This document shows, one piece after another, positions 32,380 to 43,509 of a DNA stretch of 64,000 bases. Position numbers and translations under genes: made by a program. Location of the stretch: NCBI GenBank assembly GCA_965215565.1, contig CBDCDZ010000004.1, forward strand, positions 2,048,001 to 2,112,000, read 5' to 3'. Under the pieces are notes generated by a model. That model was not told the DNA's origin. It searched no databases and worked only from the letters and a program-made list of their open reading frames with translations. Position 1 is the first letter of the stretch, and each line of letters begins with the position of its first letter. The stretch is from Trueperaceae bacterium (lineage in GTDB: Bacteria; Deinococcota; Deinococci; Deinococcales; Trueperaceae).

Positions 32380-33699
32380 CTAAAAGCGCCTTCCGCGTCC
32401 GCGAATGCGCCCTTTGCTGACGAACCCGTCGTAGTGACGCATCATCAGTTGCGACTCCATCTGGCGGAGCGTGTCAAGCGAGACGCCGACAACGATCAGC
32501 AGACCGATTCCCGAGAAGACGAGTGAGAGCTGACCGACGCCCGTCATCCAGCCCAAAATCTGCGGCAGCGCGTTGACCGCGCCCAAGAAGAGCGCACCCC
32601 ACAAGGTGATGCGGTTCGTGATGCGGGTGAGGTGGTCCGTCGTAGGCTGGCCGGGGCGGACGCCTGGGACGAAGCCGCCGTACTCGCGCAAGTTCTCGGA
32701 GATGCGGCGTGGGTCGAAGGAAATCTGCGTGTAGAAGTAGGTGAAGAGCACGATGAGAATGGTGCTGACGATCAGCCCTTGCCACTGCTGCGGCGCGAAC
32801 CACGCGCCTAGCGACTGCACCCAAGCGACATCTGGGAACGCTGCAATGATCGTGCTCGGGATGACGATGACCGACACCGCGAAGATGACCGGAATGACGC
32901 CCGCCGCGTTTAAGCGAAGCGGAATGTAGGTGCTCTGTCCACCCATGACGCGCCGCCCAACAACTTTACGGGCATACTGAACCGGAATGCGGCGCTCAGC
33001 TTGTTGCACCAAAACCATCCCGGCTATGGCGATGACTAACAGAGTAAAGAAGATGAGCAGCCCGAAGATATTCGACTCACCCGTACCGATAAGCGCGAAC
33101 TGCTGGCTGATGGCGTTCGGATAGGCAGCGACGATGCCCGCGTAGATGATGAGCGAAATCCCGTTGCCGATGCCGTACTCGGAAATCTTCTCGCCGAGCC
33201 ACATGACGACGGAAATCCCCGCAATCTGGGTGATCATGACGACGATCCACAAGAAGGGACCGTTGCTCCAACCCACCTTGAGCGCACCCGATTGACCGAT
33301 CAGCGCAATCGCGAGGAAGAGTCCCTGAACTGCACCGAGCGCGGTCGCGCCGTAGCGCGTGTACTGCGTGATCTTGCGACGTCCCTCTTCACCCTCTTTG
33401 GCGAGTTTTTCAAGAGGTGGGTAGACCGAGGTGAGAAGCTGGATGATAATGCTCGCCGTGATGTAAGGGATGACGCCAAGCGCAAAGATCGAGAACACTT
33501 CGATGTTGCCACCTGTGATGAACCCCAAGAGGTCAAAGACGCCGCCACGCTGAGCGAAGTTCGCCTGGAGCGCGTCAGCGTCCACACCGGGTGTAGGGAT
33601 GAAGACCCCTAGCCGGTAGATGGCTAGGAGCCCGATGACCACCAAGAGCTTCTGCCTCAGGTCAGGGATGACGAGCGCGTTGCGAAACGCGGCGACCAT
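32380..33699 (-). CDS. secY: Preprotein translocase SecY
   Basis: SIFALGVIPYITASIIIQLL, GIGNGISLII, GGFVPGVRPG. Confidence 0.98.
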   Translation of the reverse strand: MVAAFRNALVIPDLRQKLLVVIGLLAIYRLGVFIPTPGVDADALQANFAQRGGVFDLLGFITGGNIEVFSIFALGVIPYITASIIIQLLTSVYPPLEKLAKEGEEGRRKITQYTRYGATALGAVQGLFLAIALIGQSGALKVGWSNGPFLWIVVMITQIAGISVVMWLGEKISEYGIGNGISLIIYAGIVAAYPNAISQQFALIGTGESNIFGLLIFFTLLVIAIAGMVLVQQAERRIPVQYARKVVGRRVMGGQSTYIPLRLNAAGVIPVIFAVSVIVIPSTIIAAFPDVAWVQSLGAWFAPQQWQGLIVSTILIVLFTYFYTQISFDPRRISENLREYGGFVPGVRPGQPTTDHLTRITNRITLWGALFLGAVNALPQILGWMTGVGQLSLVFSGIGLLIVVGVSLDTLRQMESQLMMRHYDGFVSKGRIRGRGRRF

Positions 33700-34442
33700 T
33701 AGCTCTGCTCCTCGTCGTCCGCCGCGCTTTCAGATGAACCATTCTCTTCAGGGCTCGAGGGCGCTTCGGATACACCCTGGCTCATATTGTCACTCTCTGG
33801 ACCTGACTGCGTTTCTTCCGGCGAGTCGATGACGGTTTTTCCGTTGTCGTCCTCGTCGTCCCCGCTCTGCGATTCGTTTGACTGAGGTGCGCTTTGAGCT
33901 TGGACCTCTTCATCTGACTGAGCAACCTCTTGATCAGCTTTTTGAGTCGAGACCTCTTGGTTGGTAGCTTGACTCGAGCCCGCCTCTTCCTGCGCACTCT
34001 GCCCAAGACCCACGACACTTCCACCTGCATCCTGCACCGCTTGGGCTGCGCCGCGGCTGCAGGCGTCTAGCTCGAGCCGCAGATTTCGCACCGTCAACTC
34101 GCCGTCACCCAAGAGCTTCACAGGACGGTTCGCATGGCGAATCACACCCGCGTTGCGAAGCGCTTCAGCGTTCACCGTGCTGCCCTCGTCGAAATCATTG
34201 AGGTCACGCAGGTTGATGATCTGGTATTCAATCCCTTGATGCGTAAAGCCGCGTTTGGGGAGGCGCATGATGAGGCGGCTGCGTCCGCCTTCCCAACCGG
34301 AGCCCTGCGAGAAACCACTCCGGCTGGCCTGCCCTTTTTGACCGCGCCCGGCGGTTTTGCCGCGCCCGCTGCCCAAACCGCGTCCGACGCGGCGGCGCGA
34401 CTTCTTCGCGCCGGGGGCTGGTTTTAAGTCGTTGATCTTCAT
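33699..34442 (-). CDS. rplO: 50S ribosomal protein L15 with an acidic C-terminal tail of about 100 aa
   Basis: RVGRGLGSGRGKTAGRGQKGQ, RLPKRGF, VKLLGDG; GGAG SD before MKIND. Confidence 0.95.
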   Translation of the reverse strand: MKINDLKPAPGAKKSRRRVGRGLGSGRGKTAGRGQKGQASRSGFSQGSGWEGGRSRLIMRLPKRGFTHQGIEYQIINLRDLNDFDEGSTVNAEALRNAGVIRHANRPVKLLGDGELTVRNLRLELDACSRGAAQAVQDAGGSVVGLGQSAQEEAGSSQATNQEVSTQKADQEVAQSDEEVQAQSAPQSNESQSGDDEDDNGKTVIDSPEETQSGPESDNMSQGVSEAPSSPEENGSSESAADDEEQS

Positions 34443-34542
34443 ATTCAAGTCTCTCCGTAATGATTCTGCGGGCGTGGACCACGAATGAATCGTAGTCCTT
34501 AACCGCTAAACGCTGCTAAAATCTTGCAGATTTTAGCAGGAA

Positions 34543-34710
34543 TTACCCTTCAACTTTGAGGAGATATGAGACCTTGTTGACCATGCCACGCACATCGGGC
34601 GTGTCCTTGACCTCACGACTATCCCCTGACTTTTTGAGACCCAAGGCGTACACCGTCGCCTTTTGGTCCTTCTTCACACCGATTAAGCTGCGAACGAGCG
34701 TGACCTTCAT
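34543..34710 (-). CDS. rpmD: 50S ribosomal protein L30
   Basis: Translated by hand: [11 protein letters not shown]...ALGLKK...[15 protein letters not shown]. Confidence 0.95.
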   Translation of the reverse strand: MKVTLVRSLIGVKKDQKATVYALGLKKSGDSREVKDTPDVRGMVNKVSYLLKVEG

Positions 34711-35183
34711 TATTCCGCCCGTGCTCTCTCGCGCTGGGACTCTTCAAAAGTTTTAAGCTGCTTGAGCCCGTCCATCACAGCGTAAGCGACGTTCGTCTGG
34801 TTGCGTGAGCCGAGTTCTTTGGTCAAGAGGTTGCGGAAGCCCGCGAGTTCGATGATGGCTCGAGGCACACTTCCCGCGATAACTCCCGTACCTGCGCCTG
34901 CAGGCTTGAGCATCACTTTGGATGTGCCGTGCGCACCTAAGACCTCATGCGGAACCGTGCCCGGTTCTTCAATCGGCACTTCGATGACGTTGCGGCGGGC
35001 GACGTACTGACCCTTTTGGACTGCGCCAGGGACCTCTTTCGACTTGCCCAAACCGACGCCCACACGACCGTTGCGGTCACCCACAACGACCATCGCGCCG
35101 AAGCGGAAGCGGCGTCCGCCTTGATAGGTTTTCGCCGTGCGGCGGATGAAAATGACCTTATCTTCAAACTCTGTGTCTGGCAT
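34710..35183 (-). CDS. rpsE: 30S ribosomal protein S5
   Basis: [26 protein letters not shown]. Confidence 0.98.
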   Translation of the reverse strand: MPDTEFEDKVIFIRRTAKTYQGGRRFRFGAMVVVGDRNGRVGVGLGKSKEVPGAVQKGQYVARRNVIEVPIEEPGTVPHEVLGAHGTSKVMLKPAGAGTGVIAGSVPRAIIELAGFRNLLTKELGSRNQTNVAYAVMDGLKQLKTFEESQRERARAE

Positions 35184-35283
35184 AAATTCTCTCCGTTATG
35201 AAAACGCGGAACCAGACCACGAATGAACCGTGGTCTTTAACCGCTAGACGCTGTTCGAATCTTGCAGATTCGAACAAGAGGCT

Positions 35284-35637
35284 TCAGAACTCGAGCCCTC
35301 CTTCACGGGCACCCTCAGCGAGCGCCTTCACGCGCCCGTGGTAGCGGTACGCGCCTCTATCGAATACGACTCGTTTGACGCCTGCTTGGATCGCTCTCTC
35401 TGCTAGCGCCTTGCCAACTGCTGTTGCTTGGTCGGTCTTGTTGCCGGAAAGTTCCAAGCTCTTGCTGTTCGCTTCGGCAACGGTGTGACCCTTGTTCGCG
35501 TCGATAATCTGCGCGTAGATGTGCTTCGCGCTGCGGAACACGCTGAGCCGCAAGCGCCCATTGTTCACCGGACGCTGGATACGGCGGCGGGTGCGGAAGG
35601 CGCGGCGCTGTTTTCTTACCTCTGTGTTCGTATTCAT
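35284..35637 (-). CDS. rplR: 50S ribosomal protein L18
   Basis: [34 protein letters not shown]. Confidence 0.98.
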   Translation of the reverse strand: MNTNTEVRKQRRAFRTRRRIQRPVNNGRLRLSVFRSAKHIYAQIIDANKGHTVAEANSKSLELSGNKTDQATAVGKALAERAIQAGVKRVVFDRGAYRYHGRVKALAEGAREGGLEF

Positions 35638-35648
35638 ACTCTAACCTC

Positions 35649-36188
35649 TTACCTTGCTGCCGCTTTGCCGGCTTTGAGTCGGACTTGCTCGCCCTCGTAA
35701 CGCACGCCTTTACCGTGATACGAGTCGGGCGGGCGTACCTCACGGATGTTCGCCGCCACTTGACCGACGAGTTGTTTGTCGATACCTGAGACCGTGATGC
35801 GCGTCGCTTCGGGCGCAGCAATCGTAATGCCTTCGGGCGGCGTGATGACGACGGGGTGGGAGAAGCCTAACGCAAGCTCTAGGTTCTGCCCCTTCATCGC
35901 GCAGCGATAACCGACGCCCTGAATCTGCAAGTTGCGGGTGAAGCCTTCCGTCACGCCGACGATGGCGTTGTTGATGAGACTCCGCGCTAAGCCGTGCTGA
36001 GCACGGTCATTGCGGTTGTCGGTAGGACGCTCGACGTGGATTTCACCGTCTTCTTGCTTGACCGTGAGACGCGGGCTGACGGGAACTGTAAGCTGTCCTT
36101 TAGAGCCTTTGACGACGACTTCGGTCTTCTTGATGTCTACGTTCACGCCGCTCGGGACGGTGACGGGTGCTCTGCCGATTCGAGACAT
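35649..36188 (-). CDS. rplF: 50S ribosomal protein L6
   Basis: MSRIGRAPV, LGFSHPV, RPPDSYHGKGVRY. Confidence 0.98.
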   Translation of the reverse strand: MSRIGRAPVTVPSGVNVDIKKTEVVVKGSKGQLTVPVSPRLTVKQEDGEIHVERPTDNRNDRAQHGLARSLINNAIVGVTEGFTRNLQIQGVGYRCAMKGQNLELALGFSHPVVITPPEGITIAAPEATRITVSGIDKQLVGQVAANIREVRPPDSYHGKGVRYEGEQVRLKAGKAAAR

Positions 36189-36583
36189 TACCAGACCTCG
36201 CAAATCACTTCGCCGCCGACGTTCTTTCGGCGGGCATCGCGGTCTACCATCAGGCCTTGCGGGGTGGAGATCACAGCGATACCAAGTCCTCCGCGTACCA
36301 CCGGAACCGCTTTCGCTTTGCTGTAGGCGCGGCGTCCGGGTTTGGAGACGCGGGTGAGTTCGTTGATGATCGAGGTGCGCTTGGGTCCATACTTGAGCCC
36401 GATGCGGATGACGGGATGCCCGTCTTTGGTTGCGTCCTCAACCGACTTGAGGTAGCCCTCGCGCACGAGCACCTCGGCTAACGACTTCTTGAATTTACTC
36501 GCTGGCACGTCCACGGTGGCGGAGGCGATCGCCGCGCCGTTGCGGATGCGGGTCAGCATGTCAGCAATAGGGTCTGTATACAT
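36188..36583 (-). CDS. rpsH: 30S ribosomal protein S8
   Basis: DPIADMLTRIRN, RVSKPGRR, GLGIAVIST, GGEVICEVW. Confidence 0.98.
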   Translation of the reverse strand: MYTDPIADMLTRIRNGAAIASATVDVPASKFKKSLAEVLVREGYLKSVEDATKDGHPVIRIGLKYGPKRTSIINELTRVSKPGRRAYSKAKAVPVVRGGLGIAVISTPQGLMVDRDARRKNVGGEVICEVW

Positions 36584-36606
36584 TACCTATTGTCCTTTCT
36601 TTTGAC

Positions 36607-36697
36607 GGTGTACCACGTTTCGTATGCACGAAACGTGACACCTTTATCTTCTTTCTGGCGAGGTTGGTATCAGCGCAATCACGCTGACCATCACCTC
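36607..36697 (-). promoter_or_regulatory. Candidate S8-binding mRNA element: two tandem helix-21-like hairpins
   Basis: mRNA GGUCAGCG-loop-CGCUGAUACC and GUGUCACGUUUCG-loop-CGAAACGUGGUACAC, ending about 10 nt before the rpsH SD. Confidence 0.55.
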
Positions 36698-36719
36698 TGG
36701 AAAACGGTTTCTGTGTTTA

Positions 36720-36842
36720 TAGCAGGTATCATCTGGTCACAAACGCCCTTAGCGAGAAATACTCCTAGACAATTATGTTCGTGGATGATAGCTGCGCCCT
36801 TCTATTTCTCAAGGCTAATAGAGACTTGAAGTGGCAGTTCTA
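36720..36842 (+). repeat. Repeat family B, copy 3 (right end uncertain)
   Basis: TAGCAGGTATCATCTGGTCA...GGATGATAGCTGCG. Confidence 0.7.
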
Positions 36843-36916
36843 CGGACCGGTTTAAGCGGAAGAGGTTTTGCATCTCGGTTCTACTTGTAATGTCCGAGAT
36901 GAGATGCTACCTCTCT

Positions 36917-37102
36917 TTACCAGCTCGCCTTACGCACGCCGGGCAAATACCCGCTATGCGCCATCTCGCGCATACAAATTCGGCAGAGACCGAAGTCACG
37001 CATATAGCTCTTGGCGCGTCCGCAGCGCTGGCAGCGGTTCACCCCTCTGGTCGAAAACTTAGGCGTCCGTTTGGACTTTGCGATATGTGCTTTTGTTGCC
37101 AT
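36917..37102 (-). CDS. rpsN: 30S ribosomal protein S14, zinc-binding type
   Basis: 61 aa with RCQRCGR...[16 protein letters not shown]. Confidence 0.97.
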   Translation of the reverse strand: MATKAHIAKSKRTPKFSTRGVNRCQRCGRAKSYMRDFGLCRICMREMAHSGYLPGVRKASW

Positions 37103-37187
37103 GTAATCCTTTCTAGCTAGTCAACCAGTCAGCATTTCAGGTTTTAAGCTTTTCCTGACAAGCTGAAGTGCTGAGATGCTGACATGC

Positions 37188-37739
37188 TTATTTCCTAAAG
37201 GGCATTCCTAATAGCTCGAGCAAGTTCCGCGCTTCCTCGTCCGTCTCTGCCGTCGTGATGATGGCGATGTCCATGCCGCGCGTCGCGTCGATCTGGTCAT
37301 ACGAGAGTTCGGGGAAGACGATTTGCTCGCGCAAGCCGAGGTTGTAGTTGCCACGTCCGTCGAAGGCGTTGGGGTTGATGCCGCGAAAGTCGCGTACACG
37401 GGGGAGGGCGACGCTGATGAGTTTTTCCAAGAAAACCCACATGCGGTCGCCGCGTAAGGTCACTTTAAGACCAATCGGCATCCCGGCGCGGACCTTGAAG
37501 TTTGAGACCGACTTCTTGGTGCGGGTAACGACGGGGCGCTGGAGGGCGATTTGGGCGAGTTCTCGAGAGGCGCGTTCCAACACTTTCGAGTCGTCGCGTG
37601 CTTCGCCTAAACCCATGTTGATGACGATCTTTTCCAACTTGGGAATCGCCATGATGTTGGCGTAGTTGTGGCGCTCCTGCATCGCAGAGACGACATTGTC
37701 TTTGTAGTTCTGCCGGAGCCCGACGGTATTCGTACTCAT
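37188..37739 (-). CDS. rplE: 50S ribosomal protein L5
   Basis: [27 protein letters not shown]. Confidence 0.98.
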   Translation of the reverse strand: MSTNTVGLRQNYKDNVVSAMQERHNYANIMAIPKLEKIVINMGLGEARDDSKVLERASRELAQIALQRPVVTRTKKSVSNFKVRAGMPIGLKVTLRGDRMWVFLEKLISVALPRVRDFRGINPNAFDGRGNYNLGLREQIVFPELSYDQIDATRGMDIAIITTAETDEEARNLLELLGMPFRK

Positions 37740-38086
37740 GCGTCCACCTGCTCATCTAAGCGTGCACCGCTCTTCGTGCTCACGCGGACCTTCTCGCCAT
37801 CTTCCATCTTGTAGCTGATGCGCGTTGGCTCGCCCGTCTCGGGGTCGAGGATGCGCACATTGGAGGCGTGAATCGGCATCTCGCGTTCGCTGAAGCCGCC
37901 ACGCGGATTTTCCTGCGTGGGGCGTTGGGTCTTCGTCGCGACGTTCACGTCTTTGACAACAACGCGGTTCTTCTCGGGCATGACGGCGACGATTTCGCCT
38001 TCAGAACCCTTGTCTTTGCCCGCCATTACGCGCACTAGGTCGCCGCGCTTGAGCTTAATGCGGGTTGCGTTTTGTTTTTGTGCCAT
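37736..38086 (-). CDS. rplX: 50S ribosomal protein L24
   Basis: [22 protein letters not shown]. Confidence 0.97.
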   Translation of the reverse strand: MAQKQNATRIKLKRGDLVRVMAGKDKGSEGEIVAVMPEKNRVVVKDVNVATKTQRPTQENPRGGFSEREMPIHASNVRILDPETGEPTRISYKMEDGEKVRVSTKSGARLDEQVDA

Positions 38087-38455
38087 TTAGAGGACCTCCG
38101 GTGCGAGCGAGACGATGCGCATAAAACGGCGTTCGCGCAGTTCGCGGGCCACGGGTCCGAAGACGCGCGTGCCGCGCGGCTCGTTCTGGTTGTTGATTAA
38201 GACGGCGGCGTTGCGGTCGAAGCGGATGCTCGAGCCGTCCGTCCGGTTAATTTCCTTAGCCGTGCGCACGATGACGGCTTTGACCACGTCACCCTTTTTC
38301 ACGCCCGCCCTCGGAATCGCGTCTTTAACGGCTGCCACGATAATATCGCCCACGCCGCCGAACGTCTGCGCCCCCGTGCCTAAAACACGGATACACTGAA
38401 TGCGGCGTGCACCGGAATTATCGGCAACATCTAGGTAGGACTCTTGTTGAATCAT
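38087..38455 (-). CDS. rplN: 50S ribosomal protein L14
   Basis: MIQQES...[27 protein letters not shown]. Confidence 0.98.
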   Translation of the reverse strand: MIQQESYLDVADNSGARRIQCIRVLGTGAQTFGGVGDIIVAAVKDAIPRAGVKKGDVVKAVIVRTAKEINRTDGSSIRFDRNAAVLINNQNEPRGTRVFGPVARELRERRFMRIVSLAPEVL

Positions 38456-38545
38456 AGTGGTAAGCAACTCAGCGTCTCAGCATTTCAGCATGTCAGGCTT
38501 TTAGTTTCTCCTGACTACTGACTACTGACTACTGATTAGCTCTAC

Positions 38546-38791
38546 TCACCCCCTCGCTTTCTCTAACAGTTTCGTCACCGCGAAGCGCTTGCGCTTGCTG
38601 ATGGGGCGGCGCGTGATGATCTCCACCGTGTCGCCGACGCCATATTCATTCGTCTCGTCGTGGGCTAAGTACTTCTTAGATACCGTTACAACCTTGCCGT
38701 AGAGCGGGTGCTTGAAGCGGCGCTCGACCAGAACGGTTACGGTTTTATCCGCCTTGTCACTCACCACACGACCTTGTAGCGTCTTCTTCAT
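38546..38791 (-). CDS. rpsQ: 30S ribosomal protein S17
   Basis: [29 protein letters not shown]. Confidence 0.97.
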   Translation of the reverse strand: MKKTLQGRVVSDKADKTVTVLVERRFKHPLYGKVVTVSKKYLAHDETNEYGVGDTVEIITRRPISKRKRFAVTKLLEKARG

Positions 38792-38979
38792 CGGCTCGCC
38801 TCTTCCTGCGCGACCGTTAGCAGCCGCGCGATTTCACGCTTCGCGGCGCGGATGCGTCTTGGGTTGTTCGCCTGACCCACCGAGGCTTGGATGCGCAAGT
38901 CGAGGAGTTCCTCGCGGCGCTTGTTGACCTCGTCCTGAATCTCATCACGGGTCAGGTTACGAATCTCATTGGACTTCAT
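38788..38979 (-). CDS. rpmC: 50S ribosomal protein L29
   Basis: [17 protein letters not shown]; syntenic position. Confidence 0.95.
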   Translation of the reverse strand: MKSNEIRNLTRDEIQDEVNKRREELLDLRIQASVGQANNPRRIRAAKREIARLLTVAQEEASR

Positions 38980-39390
38980 CGTAGACCTCGCGTTTGACCA
39001 TCTTGGTCTTGATGGGCAGTTTGTGACCTGCCAAGCGGAAAGCCTCTTTCGCCTGCGCCTCGGTCACGTTGGCGACCTCGAAGAGGATGCGCCCCGGCTT
39101 CACGACGGATACCCAGTATTCCACTGCGCCCTTACCCTTACCCATGCGGACTTCGGCGGGCTTTTTGGTGACGGGCTTGTCCGGGAAGATGCGGATGTAG
39201 ATTTTACCCCCGCGCCGGAAGTAGCGGCTCATGGTGATGCGGCACGCCTCAATCTGGTTCGACTTGATCCAAGCGGGCTCCATCGCGACCATGCCGAAGT
39301 CACCGAAGGCGACGTAATCGCCCCCTTTGGTGTCGCCGGTCATGCGCCCGCGCATCTGCTTGCGGTACTTGACTCGTTTCGGTAACAGCA

Positions 39391-39391
<1 letters not shown>
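38966..39391 (-). CDS. rplP: 50S ribosomal protein L16
   Basis: [34 protein letters not shown]. Confidence 0.98.
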
Positions 39392-40202
<811 letters not shown>

Positions 40203-40203
<1 letters not shown>

Positions 40204-40541
40204 TACGCTTCCTTTTCCTCGAGAAAGATCGTCACGTGACTCGTGCGCTTGCGCAAGAGGTCAGCGCGTCCCCGCGCACGCGGCAAGTACCGCTTGATCG
40301 TCGGACCTTCGTTGACCATAATTTTGGAGACGAAGAGATCGTCTTCGAACATATCGTGATTGTTGACCGCGTTCGCTTTGGCGCTTTTGAGGAGCTTGAG
40401 GAGCGGCTGCGCCGAGCCTTTCGGCGTGAAGCGCAAGATGCTTTCAGCTTCGGTTACATTTTTGCCCCGGATAAGGTCCGCGACGAGCCGCGTCTTCTGC
40501 GGCGTCACGCGGAGCATAGTGAGGTGTGCTTTCGCTTCCAC
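40203..40541 (-). CDS. rplV: 50S ribosomal protein L22
   Basis: KTRLVADLIRG, PRARGRA, KRTSHVT. Confidence 0.98.
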
Positions 40542-40543
40542 CG

Positions 40544-40810
40544 TTATCTCCGGTTCCCACTGTGCGTGCGGAAGGTGCGCGTCGGCGAGAACTCGCCGAG
40601 CTTGTGCCCGACCATGTTTTCTTGCACGAACACAGGCACATGCTGGCGACCGTTGTACACGCCGATGGTGTGCCCGATCATCTCCGGCACGACTGTCGAG
40701 CGGCGGCTCCAGGTGCGGATGACTTTGCGGTCCCCGGATTCGTTGGCGGCGTCCACCTTATCTAACAAGTGATCGTCCACGAAGGGACCTTTTTTAGCGC
40801 TGCGTGCCAT
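40544..40810 (-). CDS. rpsS: 30S ribosomal protein S19
   Basis: [27 protein letters not shown]. Confidence 0.98.
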   Translation of the reverse strand: MARSAKKGPFVDDHLLDKVDAANESGDRKVIRTWSRRSTVVPEMIGHTIGVYNGRQHVPVFVQENMVGHKLGEFSPTRTFRTHSGNRR

Positions 40811-41646
40811 TATTTCTTCCCTTTCCGGCGGCGGACGATGAAGCGGCTGCTCACCTTGCGCTTGGTGCGCGTCTTATAGCCCTTCGCCTTCTGACCCCAG
40901 GGGCTTACGGGCGGACGTCCGCTCGTCGAGCGACCTTCACCGCCGCCGTGGGGGTGATCAACCGGGTTCATCGCGCGTCCGCGCACGTGCGGCTTGCGCC
41001 CCATCCAACGGGTGCGTCCGGCTTTACCGATGGTGATGTTCTTGTGCTCCGAGTTGCTGACGACACCAACGGTGGCGTAGCACTCACCGTGAACGCGGCG
41101 AAGTTCGCCACTCGGCAAGCGGAGCGTGACGTAGTTGCCGTCGCGCCCTTGAAGCTGGATGCTCGTACCGGCGCTGCGGGCGAGCTGTGCGCCCTTGCCG
41201 GGGACGAGTTCGACATTATGAACGACCGTACCGACGGGGATGAAGCGGAGCGGCAGCGCGTTGCCGCGAACAGGCTCAGCTTCGGGTCCAGCGACAACTT
41301 GTGAGCCGACTTGGACGCCTTCAGGCGCGAGGATGTAGCGCTTTTCGCCATCTACGTAGTGCAGTAGCGCGATGCGGGCGCTACGGTTCGGATCGTATTC
41401 GATGGTGGCTACTTTCGCCGGGACGCTCTCTTTGTCGCGGCGGCGGAAGTCGATGATGCGGTAGCGGCGCTTGTGCCCGCCGCCCCTAAAACGCGTGGTG
41501 ATGCGCCCCCTATTGTTGCGGCCCCCGGTGCGCTTGCGGGTGTCCAACAGGGACTTTTCCGGTGTGTCAGTGGTGACCCCGGCAAAGTCCGAGGTGGTCA
41601 TGAAGCGCCTCGAGGGGGTGTATGGACGGTAACTCTTAGTCGGCAT
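40810..41646 (-). CDS. rplB: 50S ribosomal protein L2
   Basis: [34 protein letters not shown]. Confidence 0.98.
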   Translation of the reverse strand: MPTKSYRPYTPSRRFMTTSDFAGVTTDTPEKSLLDTRKRTGGRNNRGRITTRFRGGGHKRRYRIIDFRRRDKESVPAKVATIEYDPNRSARIALLHYVDGEKRYILAPEGVQVGSQVVAGPEAEPVRGNALPLRFIPVGTVVHNVELVPGKGAQLARSAGTSIQLQGRDGNYVTLRLPSGELRRVHGECYATVGVVSNSEHKNITIGKAGRTRWMGRKPHVRGRAMNPVDHPHGGGEGRSTSGRPPVSPWGQKAKGYKTRTKRKVSSRFIVRRRKGKK

Positions 41647-41655
41647 AAACCCTCC

Positions 41656-41943
41656 TTAGGTGAGACCCTCGAGCTGCTGGATACGCTGTCCAGGTCTCAG
41701 GGTGACGATGGCTTTCTTGCGCTTAGGACGGAGCCCACGGTAGCGCCCGAGCGTCTTCTCCTTGCCGCGCACGTTGGCGAGGTTGATCTTCATCACGTCC
41801 ACACTAAAAACAGTCTCAATGGCGTCTTTAATCTGCGTGCGGTTCGCGCTCGGATGGACGTAGAAGGCGTACTTGCTGTTTTCAACCGTAGCGAGCGCCT
41901 TTTCGGATAGGACGGGTCTCAAGATGACGTCGTGAACGTTCAT
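41656..41943 (-). CDS. rplW: 50S ribosomal protein L23
   Basis: RPVLSEKA, KKAIVTL. Confidence 0.97.
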   Translation of the reverse strand: MNVHDVILRPVLSEKALATVENSKYAFYVHPSANRTQIKDAIETVFSVDVMKINLANVRGKEKTLGRYRGLRPKRKKAIVTLRPGQRIQQLEGLT

Positions 41944-42551
41944 GCGGCGTCCTCCATTTCGGAACCCTCGAGGTCAAACAAACCCGCGTCGGCGACCAGG
42001 CGGTCATGGCGCAAGATGTCGTAGACGTTCAAGGCGTTGCCAGGCAACACGCTGACCCACGGCAAGTTCCGCGCAGCGCGGCGCACCATCTCGTCGTCGG
42101 TGACGAGGAGGATGCGCTCTTTACCGTCAAAACCATTGTCCTTCGCCCAAGCGACGAACTCTTTGGTCTTGCCACCGATGTCGAAGCTGTCCACTAAGGT
42201 CAGCTTGTCGTCGTTGGCACGCGCTGAAAGCGCCATGTGAAGCCCTAAACGGCGCACGCGCTTAGGCAACGTGTACGAGTAGTCGCGCGGATGCGGACCG
42301 AAAGCGATGCCGCCGCCCACAAAGATAGGCGCTTTGTACGAGCCGTGACGCGCCCGTCCTGTGCCCTTTTGCGGGTACATCTTCGCGGTCGTGCCCGACA
42401 TCGTGCCGCGCGTCTTCGTCGCGGCTGTGCCTCTGCGACGCTTCGAAAGCTGCCACTGCACGACCTCGTGCAGCACAGCTTCTTTCGGCTCCGGCAAATC
42501 GAGCGTAACGGTGCGTCCGCTCCCTAAAATCTCTATGGTCACAGCCATCAT
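41940..42551 (-). CDS. rplD: 50S ribosomal protein L4
   Basis: [28 protein letters not shown]. Confidence 0.97.
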   Translation of the reverse strand: MMAVTIEILGSGRTVTLDLPEPKEAVLHEVVQWQLSKRRRGTAATKTRGTMSGTTAKMYPQKGTGRARHGSYKAPIFVGGGIAFGPHPRDYSYTLPKRVRRLGLHMALSARANDDKLTLVDSFDIGGKTKEFVAWAKDNGFDGKERILLVTDDEMVRRAARNLPWVSVLPGNALNVYDILRHDRLVADAGLFDLEGSEMEDAA

Positions 42552-43183
42552 GACCCCCTCGTGTTTCTGCTGTCCCGCTTGGAATCTTTAATTGTTAAGA
42601 CGCCGCCGTTAGGTCCGGGAACTGCACCCTTGACGAGCAAGAGGTTCTCTTCGGGGCGGACCTCGAGTAGCTCCAAACCCACCGTCGTCACGCGCTCGCT
42701 GCCGTAGTGCCCAGGCATTTTTTTGCCTTTATAAACGCGACCCGGCGATTTGCGCTGCCCAATCGAGCCGGGCGAACGGTGCTTCTTCTTCACACCGTGC
42801 GTCGCAGGCAAGCCGCTGAAGTTCCAACGCTTGATGACGCCCGCCGTACCGCGACCTTTCGAAGTCCCCGTCACATCGAGCTTCTGCCCCGCCTCGAAGA
42901 TGTCAACGGTGACGGCGTCCTCTTCGGGCGCGTAGTCGCGAAACTCTAAGAGGTGACGTTGGGCGGCTACGCCCGCTTTTTTGACGTGTCCAAGCTCCGG
43001 CTTTTTCACGAGCTTGTTGCGCTTCTCCATCCAACCGAGTTGGACGGCGCTGTAGCCGTCCGTCTCAGGTGTTTTGCGTTGCACGACCGGGCAAGGACCC
43101 GCCAGAATGACCGTCACCGGCACGAGCCGATTGTCCTGCCATATCTGGGTCATCCCCACCTTCGTGCCTAACATCCCTTTCAC
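42548..43183 (-). CDS. rplC: 50S ribosomal protein L3
   Basis: [31 protein letters not shown]. Confidence 0.98.
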   Translation of the reverse strand: MKGMLGTKVGMTQIWQDNRLVPVTVILAGPCPVVQRKTPETDGYSAVQLGWMEKRNKLVKKPELGHVKKAGVAAQRHLLEFRDYAPEEDAVTVDIFEAGQKLDVTGTSKGRGTAGVIKRWNFSGLPATHGVKKKHRSPGSIGQRKSPGRVYKGKKMPGHYGSERVTTVGLELLEVRPEENLLLVKGAVPGPNGGVLTIKDSKRDSRNTRGS

Positions 43184-43506
43184 TAGCGACCTCCAACCGT
43201 CTTAATTTCGATGTCCACCCCGGTTGGGAGGTCCAAGTGCATGAGACTGTCGATGGTGCTCTTCGTCGGCGCTTTGATGTCGATGAGACGGTTGTGCGTC
43301 CGAATCTCAAAGTGCTCGCGGCTGTCCTTGTTGACAAAGGGGCTGCGGAGCACACAGAAGCGCCGAATGCGGGTGGGCAGCGGAACCGGTCCGGCTACCT
43401 TCGCTCCGGTGCGCTTAACCGTATCGACGATTTTCGTCGCTGAGGAGTCGAGGCTCCGGTGGTCAAACGCGCGGAGTTTAATGCGAATACGAGGTGCAGT
43501 TGCCAT
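43183..43506 (-). CDS. rpsJ: 30S ribosomal protein S10
   Basis: [27 protein letters not shown]. Confidence 0.98.
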   Translation of the reverse strand: MATAPRIRIKLRAFDHRSLDSSATKIVDTVKRTGAKVAGPVPLPTRIRRFCVLRSPFVNKDSREHFEIRTHNRLIDIKAPTKSTIDSLMHLDLPTGVDIEIKTVGGR

Positions 43507-43509
43507 GAT

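Noticed and set aside
30486..34710. Apparent absence of rpmJ and rpmD from the ORF track
   Set aside because: Both genes are present and intact; they fall below the track length cut-off.
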